DNA of 64,000 bases from Leucoraja ocellata. Lineage: Eukaryota. The number at the start of each line of letters is the position of its first letter. Within the stretch, counting starts at the first letter, position 1. Both the position numbers and the translations under genes were made by a program. Shown piece by piece: positions 26,801 to 39,000 of this stretch. The notes below the pieces were generated by a model that did not search any database, was not told the origin of the DNA, and was given only the letters and a program-made list of their open reading frames with translations. Where the stretch lies: the NCBI GenBank assembly GCA_036785375.1, contig JAWMAR010000780.1, positions 1 through 64,000 of the forward strand, in the 5' to 3' direction.

Positions 26801-29800
26801 TCGGCAGGTTCGTTGGTATCATTTAAAAATAAATTGGATGGGCATATGGATGAGAAGGGAATGGAGGGTTATGGTATGAGTGCAGGCAGGTGAGACTAAG
26901 AGAAAAAAGTTGTTCGGCACGGACTTGTAGGGCCGAGATGGCCTGTTTCCGTGCTGTAATTGTTATATGGTTTATGCTCTGGTAATGAAAACCCTGGCAA
27001 CTGTAGCTGTCAGTTCACCTTTGCTCCAGTCTAAATTACCTGCCAGCGCTTTCACCGTCTCCCGGAAATAATCCACTGTTATGTCCTGGATTGAGCAGAC
27101 TGCTTCTTGCATGCGCCGGGACCATTCTTCCACTTCTTTCTGCAGACTCTGAATTCTCCTTGGACCCAGAGTGTCAAACTCCAATGATTTCTGCAAATAT
27201 CGGACGTAGTCAAGTTAGATCTGAAAGTCATATTGGATAAAGGCAACTGATCTCCTGACTGTGTATATATTTGATGGTCAAGCATGGAAACGCTCAAAAA
27301 TGTACTTTTGGTTTGACCCAGGGTAAACTCTCACAACACAAATTACATAATAAACTTGCCCCCTTGTGGCCCTCAGAAGGAACACTTCGTTAGTCTCACA
27401 TGTGTTCCCATCCTGAGCTGAGCACAAGCACCCAAAATAATGAATTTTACAAATTATTAATATCCTTCAAAATCCAAAGGAAATTGAACCAAATCCATTG
27501 TGGGCAGAGTCAGCATCAGATAGTCCTAAATCAGGGCCCACATAATCTACTGAAAACCACAACCAGCTGTACCAGTGTGATGCAAGTCCTCCTCCACCAG
27601 TGACTCTAGCTTCAGATTCTCAAGAGCAGGCACTGGTTGCTTCAGCTGATTACAGCCAGCAGAGATTTGTAGCCTTTGATTGTACTGCAACCCAAACCAT
27701 GTCCCTTTACTGCTAAAGCTACTGCTTAACGGCTGACTGTTGCTTCTAATTAAAATGATTAGTTAAAGTGCAGCATCCCTAAGAAATAAACAGCAACTGC
27801 ATGAATTACCAAGGCCTCCTGTTTACACAGCGAGGCAAACTCTCGCATATCCCGGAAAGGCTGCAGTAAACACTGGTAAAATTGCGTGGCGACAGTGACC
27901 AGCTCCTGATAGGCTTCATCTTCCTCCAGGTAGAATCTTTTAAGGGTTACCAGATTCTTAGCTTGAATGTGTTGGTTCAAGATCTGGAAAACAAAAAGTC
28001 ATCCGAGCAAAATCAGCAGCTGACAATTGGCCCCTTAACACAACCCAAGGCCAGAGCCTTCACAGAATAATTACATTATAAAAATAACACATACACACAG
28101 CCCAGAGAAGAGAGCACTTGTGGGTATCCCTTAAGAGGCTGGGTGGACAAGTCCGCAGAACAGCAACAGCCCGACAATAGTTGTAGTCACAGAATACTTT
28201 ACGGACGTTCACAAATCCTGTGCACACTGTAGCACCAGCAGAACAGATGCCCCATGCCTGACTGTGGTTTAGAAGTAGTCTTCGGGTCAGGAAACTCCTG
28301 GCAACATAAGGCCATCCTCCCTCAGCTGATGTATCAGTACTCCTCCATGTTGGACAACATTCAGATGAAAGATTAAAGAGGTGGGAACCCATGTTCTTCT
28401 TCAGCTATAGCCTATCAGCACCATCGCTGACTAAACTGTAATGGTCCTCGAGAGAACCTCATTATCACAGATGCCAGTCTGTGCTCTATTCAATTTACTC
28501 CAATTATATCAAGACAAAGCTGGGAGTACTGGATACAGCAAAGGACCACAGGGTCAGACTCCATCCCAATTGCAGTACTGAAGACCCACACACTAAAAAC
28601 AGTTGAGCCTCTCACCAAGTTCGTTTCAGTACAACACTGAATTCCAATCAACATAGTAGACCATCCACAAACAGGTCTATCCTGCTCTTGCCTTGCCAAA
28701 CCTCTCTCTTTGTGACTTGCCCCTATCCTATCCCGCAATGTCCAGTCCCTTCCCACCTACACCTCTCCTGCCTCCCACTATTTTGACAATTTTCAATACC
28801 CTGTTCCCAACTGTCTCATCTTCATCACGGATGTCCAGTCCCAAGCACCATCCCCCATCAGGAAGGCCTTAGAATTTGGTTTCATTCTGGAACAAAGACA
28901 CAACCAGTTCCCCGACTCCAACTCTCACCCACCTGGCAGAACCTGCTCTTGCCCTCAGCAACTTTTGCTTTTGATTCCTCCTTTGTTGCAAACCTATTCT
29001 GGCACCACTCTCCAACTCATTCCATGCTACTTTGATAGCTGCATTGCTACAGCTTTCTGCATTCGTGCAGAACTTGCCATTTTTACCACTTTTTCCACCA
29101 ACTTCCACCGTGCCCTCAAATGCCCTGGAACATTTCTGACACTTTTCATTTTCTGGATCCGTTTCCATTTTAGGAGACAATTTATTCAACAATATCTACT
29201 ATAGACTACCACTACTAACTTGTCCACACTTCCTCCCACGGTCTCTTACACAGGTGCCATTCCTTTGTCTTAGTTTCTCCAGTTCAAGGGCTTTCCAGTC
29301 TAGGGCTTCTGAAATATCGTTCTCATGCTGGAATCATGGCTTCCCCTCTCCCAGTCTTCAACCGGATTTTCTGCGCATGTGGTGTCATCCCCTCCCTCTC
29401 CAGACAGAACTGGGATAGAGATCCCCAGGTCCTTTTATCCTACTAGACTTTGCTCCCAGCACATCATTGCTCCCAGCACCTTTGTCATTTCCACTAACTG
29501 CAATGTGATTCCCTTCTTTCCAACACTCTCCTCCTCCAACAAGGTTTCTGCAGTAACCACTCTCTCCGCAGTTTACTCCGCTAGTCATCCCTTCCCGGCC
29601 ATTTGGGGAACTTTTTAGCTTGACATCGCATCAACAACTGCACTTATTGAAGTAGTAAATTAAACAACAAAGCCAAACATGTACATCTGTGTTGGGGTAG
29701 GGTCAAGCGAATGCCAGGATTATGAAGGGCAGACATGTCAATAACCCTGGTTTGTAAATCTCGACTGACGCACGTTGAAGTTGCGCCACACACTGTAAAT

Positions 29801-30607
29801 AGCTCTATAACCAGAGCATAAGTCAGCCATTCTTGTGGTTCAAATTCCCATCTGACTGCACGCTAGTTCCATCCCTTCCTCCGCTGCCCCAAATCGGTGC
29901 GCACTTTGTAACCGGTAGGTATACACCTGCACCTTCGGATCCTCCATGCCGAGAAGAATCAGTTCCTGAACTGCGATTGCAGGAAAATAGAAACACAGAT
30001 CATAGGGGAACCTGAAAGACCTGAACCCGTCCACCTCACGCACCTTCCTCAGCGCCTCCCGTCCACTGGCCACCCGCTGCTCCAGGCTGCGGCCGCGGAG
30101 CTCGCTCACACTCTCGAAGTAGTCCTCAACCTCGCCCTCGGGGAAGAGAGTATCCAGGGCGATGCGATGTCCGCAGAGCTCGATGGCGGCGTCCAGGTAG
30201 AGTTCGAGCTGGCGGCAGACGGAGTCCAGGTCGGGGCCGGGCTCGGAGCCCTCGGCCAGAGAGCTGCCCGGGAACAAGAGGCCCCACAGACCCCGGGGCC
30301 TAAGCTCTGGCAGCGCGGGGAAGCAGCGCTCCAGGGCGGCGCAGCTGGCGGCCAGCACCCGGTGGATGCAGCAGAGCTCCTGCGGGGAGTAGAGCGCAGC
30401 CCAGCTGCTCGGAGCCGGGGCCTCGGGCTCGGGCTCGGGCTCGGCGGCCCGCGCCTGCAGCTGCCGGTTGTGACAGGTGACGGCGAACTTTCCCTCCACC
30501 TCGTTCCAGGCCGCCAGGAAGCGCAGGCGGGGGCGCTGTGTCTCCGCGAACAGACCGCTCTTCACCGAGACCCAGCCGTCCAGGCTGTCCATCCGCTCGG
30601 CGTCCAT
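20893..30607 (-). CDS. WHAMM: WASP homolog associated with actin, Golgi membranes and microtubules (N-terminal WMD, coiled coil, polyproline, WH2-WH2-C-A), complete, 753 aa
   Basis: Ten exons: 30607-30044 (MDAERMDSLDGWVSVK..LRFLAAWNEVEGKFAVTCH), 27983-27810, 27190-27040, 25895-25726, 25640-25478, 23488-23301 (VVYYDACE), 22170-22084, 22000-21905, 21731-21368 (poly-Pro), 21197-20893 (SMDDVLASLKRG..LLAEIRRGVPLRKV..EDEDDDEDAQAEEWDS*). Total 2262 nt, in frame, canonical splice sites. Confidence 0.95.
23655..24260 (-). mobile_element. CR1 LINE 3' fragment
   Basis: ORF 23605-23844 WNELPEEAVEVNTIVIFKKHL plus the CR1 tail. Confidence 0.7.
26705..26975 (+). mobile_element. CR1 LINE 3' end
   Basis: RGNFFTQRVVAVWNVLPVDAVSAGSLVSFKNKLDGHMD and tail ggccgagatggcctgtttccgtgctgta. 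A similar piece lies at about 26000-26270. Confidence 0.75.
28560..29620 (+). mobile_element. Degenerate Penelope-like RT remnant in WHAMM intron 1
   Basis: C/T-rich decayed sequence resembling Penelope RT (cctcagcaacttttgctttt; aacttccaccgtgccctcaaat; tccctccctctccagacagaactgggatagag). Recognised by eye only. Confidence 0.5.
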
Positions 30608-30800
30608 GGGCCGGCTCGGCCGGCAGCCGCATCGCCCTGGCCTTCCCCCCCTGACGTCACCTGGAGGCAGCGGCGCGACGTCAGAGCCGAGCGCGTGTCC
30701 TCCGTGACGTCACGGAAAGGTCCAGGCGCCCGTGGTAACGGATGAGGGCGGCCTAGTCTGACCCGTCCCCCCCTCACCCGGCCCCCCGCCCAGATAACCC
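30030..30800 (-). promoter_or_regulatory. CpG island and WHAMM promoter with CRE and GC-box motifs
   Basis: CpG-dense exon 1. TGACGTCA at 30652-30659 and 30705-30712 (within the 14-bp palindrome ccgtgacgtcacgg), CGACGTCA at 30676-30683, and gggcgg/ccgccc boxes at about 30745-30791. Confidence 0.75.
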
Positions 30801-31635
30801 AGGGGCACACCGGGTTAGCACAGGTGATCCCAGGTCACAATAGGTCATCCCAGGTAACCCTGGGCACAGCAAGTCACCTCGGGTCCAGGTGCAAATTGGA
30901 GGAACAACATCTTATATTTTGCTTGGGTAGCTTACACCCCAGCGGTATGAACATTGACTATAACTAGAAACAAGAATTTCATTGTCCTGTCAGGGACACA
31001 TGACAATAAACTCTCTTGACTTCTCTTGACTTGACTTGCTTTCCCTTTCTCTCCATCCCCTCCCCCGTTCCAGTTCTCCGATCAGTCTTACTATCTTCGA
31101 CTACATTTTAACTCTGCTTTGTTGTTGTTAACTTACCCCAACTAACAATGATCTATTCTACATTTTCCTAGTTCTCCATTTCCTTTGTTCTGTTTTCATA
31201 CCTTACACTTCCTTATCTGTACGCTTCAGTCTGAAGAAGGGTCTCGACCCAAAACTTCTCTCCAGAAATGCTGCCTGTCCCGCTGAATTACTCCAACATT
31301 TTGTGTCAATCTTCGATTTAAACCAACATCTTCATACATATAGTTCCTTCATACACATCGGGTCATAGCAGATCAGCCCAGGTAACCTCGGGTCACAGCA
31401 GGCCAGCCTCGGTAACCTCAGATCAGCCCAGGTCACAGCAGGTCAAGGCAGATTAACCCAGGATCACAGCAGTTCTGCCCAGGGACCCCAGGTTAGCCCA
31501 GCAAACACTGGGCACAGCGAGTCAGTCTAAGTAATTCTGGATCACAGCAGGCCAGCCCAGGTAACCCTGGGTCAACCCAGGTAACAGCGGGTCAGCTAGG
31601 TTACTCTCAGTCTCAGTGGATCAGACAAAGTCAAA
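30791..31635. repeat. Degenerate 10-bp tandem array (consensus about CAGGTCACAG / CAGGTAACCC), interrupted by the Penelope insertion
   Basis: About 9 units at 30791-30885 and about 27 units at 31358-31635, visible by eye. Confidence 0.8.
30886..31357 (+). mobile_element. Penelope-derived insertion splitting a decamer array
   Basis: Encodes the remnant KLEEQHLIFCLGSLHPSGMNID, ends in the common agtctgaagaagggtctcgacccaaaac..ttccttcatacac tail, and is flanked by tcgggtc on both sides (possible TSD). Confidence 0.65.
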
Positions 31636-32143
31636 CATGATTTTTATTTGTAAGTGTATATTGACTGTTTAGTCACATATTATTTTCTAAGTGCCTTGCT
31701 ATCACTTTATTGTAAATTTTAACATTTTCCCAACTACTGATGTCAGTAATTGGACACCATTCATTTACAATCTTTCGTAATAATTTGCTTTATGAAATAA
31801 CTTGATTGAAATACAGACTACTCATTCAAGTTTAAAAGAATGACTGGTGATCTTATTAAAACGTGTAACATTCTGAGGGATGGATACTGTGAGAATGTTT
31901 CTCCTTGTGAAATTATCAAAATTTCCTCTCAAAGGGTTTTGAATCTTTGAAATTCTCTTCCTCAGAGAGCTGTGGTGGTGGAGATTGACAGATATTTACA
32001 CCACAAGAGAGGCAGGAGATATTACAAGAGAGCAATAAGTGTGTTGGGGCTGGGTCACCCATGATTTTATTAAATGGTCAGGCAGATTGGCCGGCTCCTA
32101 TTACTATCTTCTTTATTCAGCATGAACGTAGTTGGAGCTGATT

Positions 32144-32342
32144 CCTTAATTGGACTACATGCTGTTTGCATTCCCAGCCTGCTCTCTGAGGAGTGGCTTT
32201 GCTGAAGGTCATGTGTCACCAAGCAGCTAAATATACGGCAGGCAGATTGCCAGAGCCATGAGAGGACTGGATTGACGGGGAAAAGCGAGGTGCCTACAGA
32301 GCGTGGTTTCAAGAATAATCAAGAATACTGATCTCTGAACAG
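32144..32342 (+). promoter_or_regulatory. Candidate muscle-type FSD2 promoter and non-coding first exon
   Basis: CArG box CCTTAATTGG at 32144-32153, MEF2/TATA-like CTAAATATAC at 32227-32236, donor cag|gtacaa after 32342, and an acceptor at about 33014 before the ATG. Confidence 0.5.
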
Positions 32343-33066
32343 GTACAAATATTGAGCTGCTCTGGTTCTCTATAATTCAGTCACTGAAACGCATCCCAGT
32401 CATTTGAAAAGAACAGCTGTGGCCTGAAACTAAACATGTCCCCTAATGTTTGGTGTATATACCAAACTATGTTTAAGATTTGGAGACCAATTTCTGTTAC
32501 CAGAAATTTGCTTCTTGTGATTTAAGAAGCATATTTTTTAACAGAAGTTTCTGAACATCTTTGCTATGCAGTTGTCTTTTGTGAATCATTGTTTGAACAC
32601 ATCCTTGAATGTTTTCTTCCCGCCACCCAGTAACTTTCCCCATGATGGAGCTTGGAATAGACTGTCTTCTGTTTCGGGCAATGACATAACCCATCAAAAA
32701 TAACCAACAGTGTGCAAGGACAACTTTGCTGCTGGGCAGAGATCACGTTTGGCAGAGATCATTAACCTTGCTTCACTTGCCCTTCCAGTAAATTTGGTGG
32801 ACTTCACAGCATTATTAGTATTTTTCCAGTGTCTTAGCATCTCAATGTATTCTATGCATGAACAATTTTCACAATCTGGGAACCAATATGATGGATTTTT
32901 AATAAATCTCTGCAATAATTGATCCACAATTTATTAGGAATGAACAGTGAAGACTGTGACAGCTAATTTGTTTCTGATCTCATCTGTTTTTTTTTTATTT
33001 CTGCCCCCTATAAGGGCAAGTGAATTCAGTGTGAAACCACCGGTTCTTCCTGCACACGTGAAGACG

Positions 33067-36000
33067 ATGAAGAACCAGGAAACACCACATGAGTCCGGTG
33101 GTCTGGAACCAGCGATAGAGAGTCCCAAAGAGCAGGGCACAGACAAGGAACCTTCACCCTCCCAAGGGGCAGAGGAGGGAGGAGGTGCGGAGGCTGCAGA
33201 ACCTGAAGGATTCCGGTTCTATCATATGGACCTCTATGAACCTAGGGAAGGCTTGGAAATTTTTGCAGACAAACAATCAACATCCAAAGTGGCAGCCCTG
33301 CAGGATACATCGCAAGGTGTCCTGCATATTGAGGAACAGCTTGCAGCAGAGAGACTCCCTGTGGATCTGCTGAGCCATGGCATCTACAGAGAGGACCCTG
33401 GCTGTTTGTCTTTTCCAGAAGCAGAATCTGGTACGTGTCAGAACCTAATGGAATTTGCCAACATCCTTCCTTTGCAAAAGCAGTTTGATCCCTTCCAGCA
33501 AATTGTGGATTACTCAGAAAGCGCAAGTCAGTGCAGCGAAGGGCTCTTCAGCCCAATATCAGAGCAAAGCATTTTTGAAGAGTCTGAGACAGAGGGTACC
33601 ACAACCAAGTCTGGAGATGATGTGGCAGAGAGCGTCAGAGATCTCAGAAGCCCAAGAAACAACGCTTCCAAGGAGACAGAACTGGAGCCAGATGACCAGG
33701 AGACTGCCCAGGACCAGGAGACAACCCCGGATGTTTATTGTCAGTCATGTAATATTCCGATTCCCGCTTTTGAGAAGCTCTTTGGATTCCATAAACATCA
33801 CAGCGTGATCCCATTAGCAGAGGCCGCAGTCGTTGCCAAGGTACGTATGACAAACCAATTCCATGATGCTGAAGAACAGAGACCTCAGAGCTCTGCAACG
33901 GCTGAGGATCTTGCTGACAAGACCAGTGATTGTTGACTGTAGCTCTTTCCCTGGGAAGAGAAGTGTAGGGGGAAGCTGCCCACTTCAGCCAATCCAGTCC
34001 ATGTGATGCTTTGTGCTTCCACAGCGCTATTGTGTAGGAATGGGATCCCATCCCAGACACCAGAACCAGACAAAATGAGGAAATACAAGAAAAGATTGCA
34101 CATATTCTGCAGATTATGCAACACAGGTGGAGAGAGAAAAAAAGTTAATGTTTCACTTTGATGGCCTTCCATCAGAACAAGATTAAGTAGATAGGATTGA
34201 GATAAACTGCCACATTGTGTGGTGGATACAGATCCAGTAATGGTCCAGGGATGGGGAGTGGGGCAAACTAGATTACTTCTAAAGAGCCACTTAGCATTGA
34301 TGGGGCTCCTTCAGCGCTGAATCCACTAATTTCACAATTAACATTTTGAACCCTGACTTATGCAGTTTTGTGGCTTTTTTCCAGCTCGAGTGTCAGAACA
34401 ATCTGAAAAAGTTGGAGCAGCAACTGATACAGATGGAGACATTTTCTAACAACCTGCAGGAAATCTTTGTCACTGTTGAAGTAAGAGTTTTGATTTTTTC
34501 CTGCTTCCAGTGTTCACAGTTTGCTCAACATTTCATCAACAGCTTCACCTTGATGTTAAGTTGCCGTATCTGATAACATTGATTTTAAGTTGCCGTATCT
34601 GATAACATTTTCCATTTCACTATTGTACATAGCAGGAAAGATGTACCCGTCTTTCCAATGAGATGATAAACTGTGTAATAAGTCCCCCCTCTTGACTCTG
34701 ACCTTCTCGTTCTAGATTCTCTTATCTTTCAAACTGTTTCAATGTGGTCACCGCATTCTTCTAAACTCCAGAGAATGTCGGCCCATTGGCCTCAGCTTCT
34801 CCTCAGGTGATCTCCTTTTATTCCAGCAGCCACCTGGTAAATGAAGCTCACACACCCAATAACTTATCGCATGCTCTTTCCTTCATATGGAAATCACAGG
34901 GTTATGAATACAGCCTTGTCCATCATGCAAACCAGCCTCCCCACCATCAATTTCATCCACACTGCATACTCTCCCTTGAGACCTGCCAAAAGTCAAAGAC
35001 CGCTCGCACCCTGTCCATTTCTCCCTTTCCCCATTAGGCAGAAGTTACAAAAGTTTGAAAGCTTGTACGCACTTGACATGTGGGAATTCTTTAAAGGACC
35101 AGCATATTCCTGTGAGGATGAAAGACGAGGATGTCAAGGTTTGGGAACCTTGGATGACAAGATTCAAAAACAACTCCCTCGGTTATCAGACTCTTGAACG
35201 GACCTCTCATGTGCCAAGGATGAATTCCTGATCACACGATCTTCCTCATTATGGCATTTACACTATTTTCTCTGCACTTTCTCCATTGCTGTAACACTAT
35301 ATTCAGCAATCTATTTTTCCCTCATGCACTACCTTTTCCACTCTGTCTAACTGTGTTGTTACTTTTGTGGAGCTGTGGACTTGGACCCCAAGATTTCTCT
35401 GTATATGAATGCTGTTAAAGATCATGCCTGTGTATTTACTCCTTACATTTAACATACTAAAATGCAACACCACACACTTACCTGGGTTAACTTCCATCTG
35501 TCATTTCTCCACCCACATCTATAACGGATCTATATCCTGCTGTATTCTTTGACATCCTTCGTCAATGTCCATAACTCTACCACAATTTATTGCTCCTTTT
35601 ATATTCCTCAAGTCTCCTGTCTGATTTTAGCTTCCTAAACATGTTTTTTTGGGCTGAATGTGTGAATATTTAACCTGTCCACATTCTCCAGAGATGCTTT
35701 CTGACTCGCTGAGTTACTCCAGCACTTTGTGTCTTTTTTTGTAAACCTGCATCTGCATTTCCTTGTATCCATATAATATTTCTTGTCATCCACGGTTCCC
35801 AAACCTTGATATCCTCGTCTTTCATCCTCACAGGAATATGCTGGTCCTTTAAAGAATTCCCACACGTCAGGTGTGTACTTGCTTTCAAACAGCCTCTCCC
35901 AAATCTTCTGCTGGAGTAACTCAATGGGACAGGCAGCATCTCTGGAGAGAAGGAATGGGTGACGTTGCGGATCGAGACCCTTCTTCAGACTCGAAATGTC

Positions 36001-39000
36001 ACCCAGTCCTTCTCTCCAGAGATGCTGCCTGTCCCGCTGAGTTACTCCAGCATTTTGTGTCTACCTTCGATTTAAACCAGCATCTGCAGTTCTCCCAATC
36101 TTCTTCCCCAGTCTAATACCTTACAGAAGTCCTACAGAAACAGCATAGGGTTCTGCCATCACCAGATATAATCCACATTGCTGGACAAGTCCCAGAGTCC
36201 TGCAATAAATAACACATAACATTGACAAAAGAGCAAATTGCCACATTATCTTGTTTTTCTTCATAATATCAGAGATATTCCCTTTGTTTTACCCATCCTG
36301 CTCCCACCTTGTCTGTTGCTGAAAACTATTGAAAACCAACTTAATTTCTCTCGTTCCCAATTCTGGTGAAGTGTTTCAGACCCAAATTGTTCATTTTGAT
36401 TTTCTTCGCACGGAGGCGGAGAGGCTGCCCAATATTTTTGCCATTCGCTGATTTTATCAAAGGCTTTGTAAATTCAATGATGCACTGATATCTTCATCAT
36501 TATTCTTAACACCACATTGTGTTTGAACAACAGGAGAACATTGGTAAACAGGAGCACTACCTGGAACTGCAGTACGACGACTTGATGCAGTTGTTAGTTC
36601 AGCGTTTCGAGGACAGGAGCCAGGGGCTAGAGGAGGAGAAGAAGCTGAAGCTGGAGAAGTTGTACAATATGCTGGTGAGCTGTGGGCACAGCATGGATGG
36701 CTACAAGGAACTGATGGAAGCCACTGACGTGCTCTTCACGACTGAAGACAAGCCAGCTTTCCTGAAGGTAATCTCGCATACAAAGATGGTGTCTGCGGTT
36801 TCTCGAACACTCATTAGATATTAATAGATCCTCACGCTGGCATTCCTGCTTTCCCAGTACTCATCTTGGATTTTCCTCTGCCAGTCCCACTCTTTCCATT
36901 CTCATTCTGCTGTTTTCCCCCTGTATCTCAATGCTGCTCTGGTATTCCAGCAGTTCCTAAACCATGATTTCCTCCCTATCCTGGTTGCCTTCCACTTTTT
37001 TTGCTTAGAAAATTTATATCTGTTTCATTCCTTCACCATCTTTTGAGGAAGAAAGTGCCAACGATTCATGACCCTGGGAGAGAAAATGTTGTGCTTCATC
37101 TCTGCCTTAAAAGGGCGAGTCTTATTTTATATCAGTGACTCCATGTTCTGGATTCTCCCACAAGGAAGATCATCCTCTTCACACTGACCCTGTCAGATCT
37201 CTCAGGATCTTACTACTTCATTGAGTCATACAATTATATTGAACTGTCCTTGTCAACCAAGTTTCCTGCTTTTGGCCCATATCCCTCCAAACCATGTGCC
37301 TGTCCAAATGTCTTTTAAACCTTGTATTTGTACCCTTCACTACCACTTCCTCTAGTAACTCGTTACACATACCCACCACCCTCTGTTTCAAAAGACTGCT
37401 GTTATGGTCCCATTTAAGTCTTTCTCCCTCACCTTAAATCTATGTCCTTTAGTTTTAGACGCCCCTTCTCAAGGAAAAAGACCAACCATTCACTTTACTT
37501 GTGCCCCTCATGATTTTATTTACCTCAAAACGGTTACCCCTCAGCCTCCTTCACTCCAGGGGAAAGAAACCTCAATCAACTCTCCTCTTGCTGTTCTTAA
37601 CTCCACTGAATATAAGCTTAGTCTGCCCAATTTTTCCTCATTCAACCTGCTTATTCCAGGAATGCAGCTAATAAACCTTCTGTGAACTGTATCTCCTTAT
37701 GACCAGGCATGAGGAAATGCACGGACTGGTAGTTGTCAGTGGACTACAGCATGGACTGGGAGATTAGATCCGTAAAGTCACAGGTTTAGACAGCACAGAA
37801 ACTGACCCTTCACCCAACTTGTCCATGCTAATCAAGATGTCTATCTGAGCCGAAGGTAGACTCAAAATGCTGGAGTAACTCGGCAGGAGAGGCAGCAATT
37901 CCAGAGAGAAGGATTGGGTGAAGTTTCGGGTCGAGACCCTTCTTCAGACCCGAAGCGTCACCCATTCCTTCTCTCCATAGATGCTGCCTGTCCCGCTGAG
38001 TAACTGCAGCAGTTTGTGTCCACCTTCGATTTATAGCGGCATCTGCAGTTCTTTCCAACTCCCAATCTTCTTCCCTAGTCTAATACCTTATAGAAGTTCT
38101 ATAGAAACATCAGAGTTCTGCCTTCACCGGATATAATCCACATTGCTGAACAAGTCCCAGAGTCCTGCAATAAATAACACATGACATTGACAAAAGAGCA
38201 AATTCCCACATTATCTTGTTTGTCTTCTTGATATCAGAGATATTCCCTTTGTTTTACCCTTCCTGCTCCCACCTTGCCTGCTGCTGAAAACTATTGAAAA
38301 CCAACTAATTTTCTCTATCGGAGCCATTTACTTGCCCATATCGCTCTAAATCTTTCCTAATATAGATTTTGAAGTATCCCACGTTTAGAAGATAATTTAA
38401 CTTCTTTTGGTAAAAGTAAAGGTTATACATTCTGTGATGAATAATATATCTAATTTCCATTTAATAACAACAGAATGGAGAAACAATCCTGAGCAGGTAA
38501 CATTGGAATGGATCGCTGTATTTGTGTCAGCGTAGAATGCTGCACTGTTTTTGTGTTAACACTGGAACCAAACCAGAAAATGTTAGAGACATTCAGCTGA
38601 TGCAGCAGCATTTATGGAAAGAGAAATAATTAACATTTCATGTAACTCTTCAACCTGAAACAATAACTGTTTCTCTTTCCACTGATGCTGTCTAACCAGA
38701 TGATTGTTTCTAGCTACGTGTTTGTATTTTTAATGCAGACTTCATATATCTGCAGATTTTTGCTTTTGCTTAACGCCCCATTGTAGTTGGGTTAAAGCAT
38801 TTAATGGGTCATCATAACAGTGTTTGTGTGATTTAGTTTAGTTTAGAGGTACAGCACGGAAACAGACCCTTCCACCCACCTGGTCCACGCCAACCAGCCA
38901 TCCCCGCATATTAACACTATTATATCCTACACATACTAGGGACAATTTTTACGTACCAAGCCAATTAACCTACATACCTACACGTCTTTGGAGTGTGGGA

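Noticed and set aside
30167-30745. 192-aa ORF antisense to WHAMM exon 1
   Set aside because: A shadow ORF expected from stop-poor GC-rich coding sequence; it has no recognisable domain.
30791-31635. CRISPR-like array
   Set aside because: Units are degenerate tandem decamers without unique spacers, in a vertebrate context with no cas genes.
32947-33936. Single-exon 329-aa gene with a signal-peptide-like N-terminus
   Set aside because: The hydrophobic start is the translated polypyrimidine tract and the tail is intron read-through. The real exon is FSD2 33067-33840.
34556-34609. 29-bp tandem duplication (ttaagttgccgtatctgataacatt x2)
   Set aside because: An ordinary slippage duplication in an intron with no functional hint.
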